From the NCBI GenBank assembly GCA_002269645.1, contig NIVC01000687.1, positions 100,624 to 164,623 of the forward strand: DNA of 64,000 nucleotides. The letters run 5' to 3'. The notes under the pieces are model-generated. The model saw only the letters and a program-made list of their open reading frames with translations, did no database searches and was not told the DNA's origin. The position numbers and the translations under genes are program-made. Below, one piece after another: positions 36,401 through 47,227 of the stretch. How positions within the stretch are numbered: the stretch's first letter is position 1; each line of letters begins with the position of its first letter. This stretch comes from Macrostomum lignano. Taxonomy: Eukaryota.

Positions 36401-39366
36401 GAGATATGAGAGACTTGAGAGTCTTTGAGCTATGGTCTTTGAAAGATTTTGTAAAGAATTTGGAGACGATTTGGAAGATAGGGTTAAAGACATGGAATTT
36501 CAGTTGATGGATATTTCAGGGAATAGAATTCCGGTGATGGGAGTTCTTCCCCTTTCTCCTCCGAAGGAGGAGTTCCACTCGTCCTAATACTAAAGTTGGT
36601 GCGATGATTGTTTGTTTGTTTGTCTGTTTGTTTGTGTGTTGCATAACTCCTCCTAGAATACTTGCAAGTCAGCGTTGAAACTTATATGGGGAAACTGCAA
36701 ATTTTCCGGGGACTGCAGTGGGCTATTTCAATTTTTTATTTTCACATTTTAAGATCCCTAAAAAAGCAGAAAACTGATTTCCTAACCTTCTCTGGACACT
36801 TTTTCTGCTCGGAGCCGAAAATTTGCATGATTTTGAGCGATTGCGCCACAACTTTCTCCTATCTCTGTAGTGTATTTTCTCGCCAGTGGGGGTTGGTCGC
36901 GTTCTCAGTGGCAGCGTGTGTACAAGCGGACCCCGGCTGAAAAATTGAACATGCAGTATTTCGTGGGGTGGTGGGTAAGTAAGCGCAATTATATGGCTAT
37001 TGTGCTGAGATTCAATTGGTTTTATTATCAGCACCTTTCAATTGACTGCCCTGTGCATTGGTTAGACAGTGAAATTCAATGAATAAACTTGCGGGCCTCT
37101 TTAGCAGGCAGTGAACGTATGAACGTACACTCAATATTGCAATGCTTATAAATCGGCAAATTTCAAACTCAGACTGTTGCTGGATTTTTTAACTTTGAGA
37201 GGAGAGACTTATATTGCTGGAAAGAACTTGCAACGCTAAGTTCGGGGATATAAATTGTTTGCTTTAAATATGAAAACTAAAAGCGCGGGATTCAAAAAAC
37301 GATTTCCATACTTTTAACTTCCTGCAAAGATTGTAGGAAGATTTTAGTTGAGGGGTTGAGTTAAATTTAATGATTCCCCGAAACGGGGGGGGTTGGGCTT
37401 GGGCTGAGTGTACATAGCTGTTTTAAAAAGATAGAACTGTGCCGAGATTCAATTGGTTTTATTATCGGCCCTGTGTATTAGCTGGGCAGTGAATTTCAAT
37501 GAATAAACTTGCGAGCTTCTCTAGCAAGCAGTCGGGAAATCGGTAAATTTCAAACGCTAACTGTTCCTCGAGTTTTAAACTTTGAGAGGAGAAACTTATA
37601 TTGCTGGAAAGATCTTGCAACGCTGAGTTCGGGAATATAAGTTGTTTGCTTTAAATATGAAAAGAAAATGCACAGCATTTGAAAAACTATTTCCATACTT
37701 TTAACTTTCTGCAAAAATTGTACTCAGTTTTGCGAGACGTAATAGATAAAGTTGGGGGAGGGTTCAACTTCTCACTGCTGCTGTGTATTGGAGGGTTGAT
37801 TTAGATTGCGCAATGTTTTTGTTAACTTTAACTGAGACTGATACTGACTGACTGTGAAATCGGTTGCGCAATGAATTGATTCAATTAGTTAAATATTTTT
37901 ATCAGTGCCTTTTAACACGAAGCTGTGCGTATAGTTCTAACCCTAACCCTAACCCTAACCCTAACCAATGAATCCGGAGAGTTGAGTTGTTTGACGGAAA
38001 AAATTCGATTGAGTCCAGTTTAGCGGAGACGATTTCAATGTTTTAATTTTGACGGAGAGAATTTCTGTTTCGTGGAGAGGATTTCGATGGTGTTCAGTTT
38101 CACGGAGAGGATTTCGATCACGTTCATCTTCACAGTGAGGATTTCTGTTTCGCGGAGATAATTTATGATTGATTTCTGTTTTATCGAGACGATTTTGATG
38201 GATTTAAGTTTCAATGAGAGGATTTCGAAGGAGTCCAGTTTCATGGAGAGGATTTCGATGGTTTTCATTTGAACGGACAGGATTTCTGCTTTGCGGAGAG
38301 GATTTTGATGGATTTGGCATCTTCAGTCAGTCAGAGAAGAGAGTAAAGAGAAGAATGAAAAGAGAAGAGAGATGAGATGATAGAAAACAGAGTAGAAATG
38401 AGACGAGAGATTAGACATGACAGATGGGAGAAAAGAGGGGAGTAAGGCGGGAACGAAGGAGAGAGAAGAGAAGAGGAGAGAGGAGACGAGAGGGGAGATA
38501 TGAGATAGCAGAGGGAGACAAGAGAGATGATAGGAGAGAGAATAGAGATGAGGGATAAGAGCGTACAGAGGTAATAGAAAAGAGGGGAGAGTAGAGGAGA
38601 AAGAAGGAGTGAGATGAGGGATGAGAGATGAGAGAGGAGGGGAGAGAGAAGAGAGGAGAAAAGAGGGGAGAAATGAGAGATGCGATGAGAAAAGAGATGA
38701 GTGAGAACATAAGAGAGAAGAGATTAGAGATTAGAGAAGAGAGGGGAGAAGATGAAATGAGAAAGGAGAGGAGAGAAGAGAGAATGGAGAGGATAGAAAA
38801 GAGAGAAGAGAAGAGATAGGGGATAGTGGTAAGGAGGAAAGAAAGATGGGAGACAAGAAAGTAGAGTGTGAGAGCGTATATGAGATATGAGAAATGAGAA
38901 GCAGATAGGAGAGAAAAGAGAAGAGAGAGAGGGTTAAGAGAGACGATAGATAAGTAAGAAGAGATGACATATGAGGGAGGAGAGAAGAGGGAGAGATAAG
39001 AGAGAAGAGAGGAGACAGGAGACAGAAGTGAAGAGGAGAGATATGAGAGAAGAGAGGAGACAAGAGACAGGAGAGGGTACAAACGAAAGACGAGGGAGAA
39101 GAGATAAATAAGGGAGTAGGGGTAGAGATGAGATGAGAGAGAGGAGAGAGAAGAGAGTCACGATAATAGCGAATAGAAGAGAGAGGAGATATGAGAGACG
39201 TGAGAGTCTTTGAGCTATGGTCTTTCAAAGATTTTGTAAAGAATTTGGAGACGATTTGGAAGATAGGGTTCAAGACATGGAATTTCAGTTGATGGATATT
39301 TCAGGGAATGGAATTCCGGTGATGGGAGTTCTTCCCCTTTCTCCTCCGAAGGAGGAGTTGGCCTCG
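18482..39366 (+). mobile_element. Tandem array of 11 non-autonomous Helitron units (1.2-2.8 kb each)
   Basis: Unit ends at ~20688, 22892, 25193, 26965, 29345, 30563, 31886, 33180, 34375, 36581 and 39366. Each starts with a shared ~170 bp 5' block (...ATACTAAA...TTTGTCTGTCTG...CCCTAAAAAAGCAGAAA) and ends GGGAGTTCTTCCCCTTT + hairpin + CTCG or a close variant. Confidence 0.88.
19810..20530 (+). repeat. Purine-rich (GA) low-complexity block; paralogues at ~22015-22735, 24035-25035, 28100-29190, 35700-36420, 38335-39210
   Basis: Almost pure A/G on the plus strand, at the same position within six of the units. Confidence 0.9.
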
Positions 39367-40107
39367 TCTCTCTTAATACTAAAACTGGTGCGATTATTGT
39401 GTGTGTGTTGCGATTTTTCTCCTAGACAACTGGCAAGTCAGCGTCGAAACTTATATGGGAAAACAGAAAATTTTCCGGATCAGGCTTTAGGCTATTTTAA
39501 TTTTTAATTTTCACATTTTAACATCCCTAAAAAAGCAGAAAACTGCTTTTAACCTTCTTTGGCCCTTCTGTCTTTCCAGTAAGAGAGTTGGCAGTCTGTT
39601 TGTAAAAATAGCCACCCCAACCTCCGCCCGCGGGTCGCTGTGTATTGAGGGTTGGTGGGTGCGCGTGTTCTGCGTTCAATGCAAATAACCCCCCCCCCCC
39701 GCGTTTTGGGGGTTCAGTGAAATTCTATGCTTCGGGGGGGGGGGGGGGGGTTGGGCTTTGGCTGAGTACATACCACTGTACAGTGTAAACAGAGGCTACG
39801 ATTTGGTTTTATTATCGGCGCCTTTAGTCAGTCAGTCCCTTTAACTGGGAAATGGACAGACTGGTGGGGCCTAAAGTTCTGTTTATTGATTTTTTCACTG
39901 GGCCTTTACTTACTTAATGAGGCGAATTTTCAATTTTCAATTCAATTTTCCATATCATAATAGATTTCTCTCATTCTCTCCAATCTGCCGTTTTTGCTAT
40001 TTACCTATCAAAATACACTAAATTTTTTTTCATTTTTACTCATTTTTGCCTGTTTTTGCTTATTTTAGCCTATTTTAGCCTATTTTTGCTTATTTTTTTC
40101 ATCCAAA

Positions 40108-43100
40108 ATGCCGAAACGCGGAAATATTTCCCGTTCTTCACGCGCTGCATCGGCAGCCAAGAAGCGCAGGGCGTCGGAGACACCTGAAGAACGCCAGCAT
40201 CGCCTTGAGGCGAATCGACTGCGCACAGCCAAAAGCCGTGAGGCTGAAGGCGAAGTTCAGCGCCAGCATCGCCTTGAGGCGAATCGACTGTGCACAGCCG
40301 AAAGTCGTGAAGTCGAGGACGAAGCGGTCCATCAGCATCGACTGGAGGCGCAGCGGCAGCGCCAGAACCAGAATCGCGCGGCTGAGTCCGCTGACGACCG
40401 CGACCGCCGTCTACATGTACAGGCAGGCTGGCGCCGAGACAGGTAGGGGTTCCTGATTATTTATTCTGCTATTCTTACGTGCGAGACTGATCTCTTCTCT
40501 GATACTAATAAACTTTATGCATGTACATCTGGATTTTATAATTCATTTATTAGTAATGATTGAAATGCACCTTCTTCGTTGCCACAGACTGCTGGAGCTG
40601 GCACACCAGCCACATGTCCTCGGTCGCATGGACCGCCAATGTCCGCACTGCAGCGCGCTACGCTGGAAGGACGAGCCAGCTAGCATTTGCTGCCACGCTG
40701 GAAAGGTAAGTCCATTTTTTTATTTTAGTTTACTTGAATTGCTGCCTCATTAATGCTTTTTATACTAATCATTGTATACAGTATGAAACCTTTGACCACC
40801 AATGGAGTCATTAGTCATAGACAATTGCGTGATGTGCTGCTGAAAGTGATAAATCCAACGTAAATCCAACTCAGACCGTCCTGGAGCCCCGCCGTGACCC
40901 CCCTGATGTCCTGAAGCGGCTTCTGACTGGCCAGCACCCAGACAGCTCTCAGTTCCTGAAGGACATCAGGAAGTACAACGGCGCGCTCCACATGACGTCG
41001 CTCGGTGCCAAGCAGCGTGAGCAGCCCGGCTGGAACCCGAGCTTCATTCTCAATGGTCAGGTGCACCACAAGATCGGCAGTCTCTTGCCGGATCCGGGGG
41101 ATGAGGCCAGGTTCTGCCAGGTCTTTTTTGTGGACCAGGAGCTGCAAACCCGGCTGCAGTGGGCCACCGGACTGAACGGTCGTGTGCTGGAAGAGCTGCA
41201 AGCCATGCTGCATGCGTGCAACGGCTACGTGCGCAGCCTCAAGTCCGCCGTTGACTTGCTCCGCAACGACCCTCAGCTGCAAAGCGCCAAGATCGTCATC
41301 AACCCCGATGCCCGTCCATCAGGGGAGCATGCCAGACGCTTCAATTTGCCCGAGTGCAGTGAAGTAGGCATCCTGACGGACCTTGACGATACCGAAGGCG
41401 CAGCCCAGACGCGACGGCGGGACGTGATTTTGCGTCTGAGGGGGGTGGTGAGTTCTGCATCTCGAAATTATGTTTAACTTTTTTATTTGTTAATACAGGC
41501 ATTTAAATCATTTTCCTAAAAAGACTCAGACTTTTGCGCTTCTTTTTGCACATGTATCGCTTAAATATTGAAGCAATTTATTATCTTTTGCTTTTGTGTC
41601 AATTGGAAGACTCAAACATTCTGTTTCATTAATTTAGTTGCTGTATTTGCATTTAAAAAATGAGAATTCGCCCTTTCATCACTTTTGATTCACAGGCCTC
41701 CAGAGCATCTGTGATACCCACCGCTCCTACGATCCCTTGGAGTACGTCCTGCTGTTCCCATTTGGTGAGGACGGCTGGAGCATCGGACTCAAGCAGGATC
41801 GTGGCATCACTATCATGAAGTACTATGCCTTCATGATCCAGGTGCGCCCAGTTCAGTTCAACAGCCTGCTGTACGGTCGCCGACTCTTCCAGCAGTACCT
41901 GGTGGACCAGGCTGCTAAGATCGAGTCCGAGCGACTTACGTACATCCGACTGCACCAAAAGGATCTGGTGTCGGAAAGTCTTCGGGGTCTCCGAGACGCG
42001 CTGCACGAGGACGACGGCAGGCCGGAGGAAGTCGGGAAGCGTGTCATTCTTACTTCCAGCTACGTGGGAGGTCCACGGTACCGTCTGGAGCGTCAGCAGG
42101 ATGCCATGGCGTATGTTCACGCCTTTGGCCGCCCAGACCTGTTTCTGACAATGACATGCAACCCGAAGTGGCCGGAAATTCTGGCCGAGCTGCTTCCAGG
42201 ACAGACTGCTGTCGATCGGCCGGACATCACCGCCCGGGTGTTCGAGCTGAAGAAAAAGGCCTTCCTAAACAGGCTGAAGAGTCTGTTTGGAGATACTCTT
42301 GCTCGAGTCTGCTCGCTGGAGTACCAGAAGCGAGGCAAGTGTGAAATTTGTGAACTTTTTAAAATTTTAAAAATCTTGCATTATCTGTCGCCTCCATAAT
42401 TTCGTAAATTTCAATAGAGTTTTTCATTTTATCTACCTCTAGGTCTTCCCCACGTGCACGCGCTGCTTTGGCTGGCGAACAAGCTGAAGCCGGATCAGTA
42501 CGACGCCGTCATCAGCGCGGAGATCCCGGACCCTGTCGCCGACGCCGACCTGCATCAGCTGGTGGCGGAGAACATGCTGCACGGTCCCTGTGGACAGCAG
42601 CTCAATTCTGCCGCGGCGTGCATGGAGAAAGGCAGGTGCAGCAAGCGCTACCCGAGGGAGTTCCTGGCCGCCACGAAGGTCGAGGAGGATGGCTACCCGC
42701 ATTACTGCCGCAGATCCGTCGAGATGGGCGGCTTCACGGTGACGAAGCTCGCAAAGCTGCGCGGCGGTCAGAGGGTGATGTTCACCTTTGACAACCGCTG
42801 GGTGGTGCCGTACTGCCCAGCGCTGCTGCGCGAGTTTCGCTGTCACCTGAATGTCGAGATCTGCGCGACAGTTCGGGCCATCAAGTACGTGGTGAAGTAC
42901 ATCACCAAGGGTAGCGACATGGCAGCATACCAGATCCGCAAGGAGTCGGCGGCTGCTGCGAATGCCAGCGCTGATTCGGCCACTGAAGGACCACTGGCGA
43001 TCGCCGGTCCGTCCGCGTCGACTGGGACTGCTGCTGCTGCTGCTGCGACTTCCGCAAAGCGACGCAAGATCGACGAGATCGACGAATACCTACTGGGCAG

Positions 43101-45728
43101 GTTCATCGGTCCAATGGAGGCGGTTAACACCATCCTGGGCTTCGAGGTGCACAGCCGATACCCGCCTGTGATCAGGCTCGCGGTTCATCTTAAGGACGAG
43201 CAGCGGGTCTTCTTCACTGACGAGACGGCTCAGGCTGTTGCTGCTACGCCCAAGGCCACGACTTTGACCGCCTTCTTCGATGTGAGTTTTGCAGACAAAG
43301 TGCAATTTGTTAAATTTATCCCTCCTTCCTGTTTCTACCCGCCCACTTTCCTGTTCCTACCCGCCCAGCTCTGTCGCCATGACGAAATCGCCCGCGGTCT
43401 GCTGTACCAGGAGGTGCCCCGGCACTTCACCTGGGACCCCAGGGCGCACCAGTGGCATCGCGCAGGTCGCGGCCGAGTCGCTGCTGATCAGCCAGCCGAT
43501 GTTCTGACGACCAGCAACATCGGCCGCATCTACACAGTCAGTCCTCGGATGGGCGACTGTTTTTACCTGCGCCTGCTGCTGGTGAATGTGCGCGGCCCGA
43601 CTTCGTTCGAGGCTCTGCGCACTGTTGACGGAGTCCTGCTGCCGACCTTCAAGGCCGCCTGCCAGGCTCGCGGACTGCTGGAAGACGACAGGCACTGGCA
43701 GCTGTGTCTGTATGAGGCTGCCCAGACGCGGATGCCTGCTGCTCTGCGCCGACTTTTTGCCGCAATTTTGGCGCACGGCGATCCCAGCGACCCCGCCAAG
43801 CTCTGGGAGAAGTTTTCCCGCGAGATGGCTGGCGACCTGCTGCATCAGGGCTTGAGCGCCGAGGCTGCTATGGCCGAAGTGCTGCGGTCGCTGCAGAAGC
43901 GGCTGGAGCGGATGGGCGGATCCGAGCTGTCTGCCTACGGCCTTCCTGAACCACCGGCAGAAGCGGATCAAGTAAATGAACTCACTGCTATGCACACTGA
44001 CTGTTGATATTTTTAACCTTTAATAGCTTACTGATGACAGCTTCATCTCAATATCCAGGCTCGGCTTCTTTCTGACTGCCTGCCGACGCCGCAAGAAGCT
44101 GCTGAGCTGCAGTCTGAAGTGGATGCGCTGGTCGCTACCCTGACTGACGAGCAGCGAGCTGTCTTCGAGGCCGTGCAGTCCAATCTGACGGCCGGTGGCG
44201 GCGGGCTGCACTTCATTGACGCTCCTGGAGGCACAGGCAAGACGTTCCTGCTCACGCTTCTGCTGAAGTCGGTTCGAGCAAGGCGTCAAATTGCTGTTGC
44301 CGTCGCGTCATCGGGCATCGCGGCGACTATTCTTCCCGGAGGTCGGACCGCCCATTCGATGTGAGTTTTGTGTCTGCATCAATCATTTTATAAACGGTTC
44401 ATTTTTAAGCACAGAAAGGCATCCTTTTAATCCTTTTAATTTATCCTCAAAATTGAAAATCCTCGCGATACCTGCCTACAGGTTCAAGATCCCCGTCTGC
44501 GCTGTACGGCAGGACAGCGCCTTCTGCTCCATCGGCAGGCGGAGCAAATTGGCGGAGATTCTGCGGAACGCCCGCCTCATCGTGTGGGACGAGGCTCCGA
44601 TGACGCACCGCAAAGACCTCGAGATCGTCGAGCGTTCTCTGCGTGATTTGCTGCACGGTGGGCAGCCGTTCGGGGAGCGCTGCTGGTGCTGGCTGGCGAC
44701 TTTCGCCAGTTGCTTGCTGTTGTGCCCGGAGGGACGCAGGCCAACACGATTGAAGCCTGCCTGAATCGGTCGGTGCTGTGGCCGCACTTCAGGCAGCACC
44801 AGCTCACAAGGAATCTGCGGCTGGAGGGCGGCTCGGCTCTCCAAAGCTACGCGGATTTTCTTATGCAGGTGAGAATCTATGGAGTTTCTATGCTCTCATT
44901 AAGCATGCAAATTGAAGGAAAAAATTGTAAAATTTTATTCCACTTTTTCACCGTCAGGTTGGCAACGGGGAGCTGCCAGAGGACGTTGAGGGCATGGTCT
45001 CCTTGCCTAGCGAGATCCTTCTGCCCGAGGACACAACCACTGAGCAGCTCATTCGGCATGTTTACCCGTCCTTTGAGCCGAGTGCGCAGCGTGACCAGAT
45101 GTTCGCGGAGCGGAGCATCCTGGCGCCACTCAACAGGACGGTGGACGAGGCCAACGCCGCCTGCTTAGCGCTCTTCCCCGGTGAGAGTCGAGTCTACTTT
45201 TCTGTTGACTCGATTCCGAATGACGACACGGCAGCCACCAATTTTCCACCGGAGCTGCTGAACCGGCTGGACCCCAGCGGTATGTCGCATCACCGACTGG
45301 AGCTGAAGGTCGGCATGCCGGTCGTCATGATGCGGAATCTGGACCCACCGCTGCTGTGCAACGGGACTCGGCTACTGCTGCGTGAACTGCGTGACAACGT
45401 CCTGCTAGCGGAGGTAACCACCGGCGTCTACCGTTCGCGGCAGGTGTTCATCCCGCGGATCCCGCAGGAGCCGAGTCCGACAGAGGTTCCGTTTGTTTTC
45501 CGCCGTCTGCAGTTCCCGATCCGGCCGTGCTTCGCCATGACCATCCACAAGAGCCAGGGCCAGTCGCTGGGCACCTACGCCGTCGACCTGACGACGGCTT
45601 GCTTTCAGCATGGCCAGCTCTACGTGGCTCTGAGTCGTGCGCGGAGTGCCGATGGCGTTAAAGTTCGGGCTCCAGGCGGACGGACGCGGAACATCGTGCT
45701 GCGCCAGCTTATCGGCAAGCAGAACTGA
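40108..45728 (+). CDS. Helitron RepHel transposase (HUH/Y2 Rep + PIF1-family SF1B helicase), 9 exons, ~1500 aa, with 1-2 apparent frameshifts
   Basis: Inferred exons: 40108-40442, 40588-40705, 40875-41447, ~41696/41704-42334, 42443-43281, 43369-43971, ~44041-44360, 44482-44868, 44958-45728. Motifs: CPHC...CCHAGK zinc finger, IRKYN, YDPLEYVLLFPFGEDGW, PDLFLTMTCNPKWPEI, EYQKRG|LPHVH, KYVVKYITKG, APGGTGKT, IVWDEAPM, GDFRQLL, TIHKSQGQS, QLYVALSRA. Confidence 0.93.
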
Positions 45729-45769
45729 TTAGACTCAATTGAATTAACAGACTCAAATGACAGAAATAT

Positions 45770-46350
45770 AATATGAGTGACATATTATAAGAGTGAGTGA
45801 TAAATTATGAGAGTGAGAGAAAAATTATGAGAGTGAGAGACAAATTATGAGAGTAAGTGACAAATTATGAGAATAAATGACAAATTATGAGAGTAAGTGA
45901 AAAATTATGAGAGTGAGTGACAAATTATGAGAGTGAGTGACAAATTATGAGAATAAATGACAAATTATGAGAGTAAGTGAAAAATTATGAGAGTGAGTGA
46001 CAAATTATGAGAGTGAGTGACAAATTATGAGAGTAAGTGACAAATTATGAGAGTGAGTGACAAATTATGAGAGTGAGTGACAAATTATGGGAGCGAGTGG
46101 GTGAAAAATTATGAGAAGGAGTGGTTAATCATGAGAGGGAGTGAAAAATTATGAGTGACAAATTTGAGAGCGATAATACTTATGAGGGTGCAAAATTCAG
46201 GATGTCATATTGAGTGTGACGAATTATGAGAGTGATAAATTATGAGAGACAAATTATGAGTCATAAATTTTGAGAGTGACGAATTCACGAGCGAAAATAC
46301 TTATGCCACATTGAGTGCCAAATTGAGAGTGCGACAAATAATGAGACTGA
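45770..46350. repeat. 20 bp minisatellite (GAGAGTGAGTGACAAATTAT) directly after the RepHel stop
   Basis: About 17 regular units followed by degenerate copies. Confidence 0.92.
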
Positions 46351-47227
46351 TAAATCTTTTAACATAAACTATTAGGTAGTGGCAAAACTGTTTCTTGATA
46401 GAGTTGCTCATATAAGGGGAGCTTCTAAGAATGCTCAGGCTCCAAGCAATTTAGATTCAATTGCCGTACTTATTTTTTCTGAATCTTTTTAATGTACAAA
46501 GTAGCCGTTCGTAATTATTTATGTATTTTGTTACACGTGTAATATTAACGGCCAATTCACACATTTAGTATTGTCAGTTAAGTTATTAGGTTTCTTCCAC
46601 TTTCTCCCCACCTTTGCTTGCACCCCTATTATAACACAATTTATTGCTGGAAAGAGCTTTAATAAAAAATATATGCCATACTGTACTCGGGGTGCGCAGG
46701 ATTCAGAATACAAACGAGCCAGTCGATTCATAGGCTATTAGTAAACATCATAAATAATGAAAAGGTATTACATGCACATAAATTCTGAATTAACAATTAT
46801 GCAATACTTAGCCAATGACCCGTGCTTATACTATCCCTTTAATTTGGTCGTTTCCTGCGCACCCCCCAATGATGTCTTTGAATTAGTTTTTTTAATATAT
46901 TTAACGGAGACACAGAAGTATAACTACCTGATAGGAATGGATGCGTTAGTTAGATTTCTAATTGCGCGTTGTGTACTGAAAGTGTAGGTCGCTGTGTACG
47001 TATTGGAGGGTTGATTTGGATTGCGTAACCTTATAGTTAATTTATAATGAGCCTAACACCGACTGCCTGATAAATTGATTACGTCATAAATGCTTTGTGT
47101 GACTCTTACTCTGACTGACTTAGCTCATGAGATTCAGCTGATGGATTTCAGGGAATGGAATTCCGGTTATGGGATTCCGGTGATGGGAGTTCTTCCCCTT
47201 TCTCCTCCGGAGGAGGAGTTGGCCTCG

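Larger units (their letters stand above)
39367..47227 (+). mobile_element. Autonomous-type Helitron (7.86 kb)
   Basis: Has the same 5' block and the same 3' hairpin/CTCG end (CTCCTCCGGAGGAGGAG...CTCG at 47224-47227) as the flanking units, and encodes RepHel. Confidence 0.93.

Noticed and set aside
41653-45611. Antisense and alternative-frame ORFs overlapping RepHel
   Set aside because: They are shadow ORFs of GC-rich coding sequence with no recognisable motifs.
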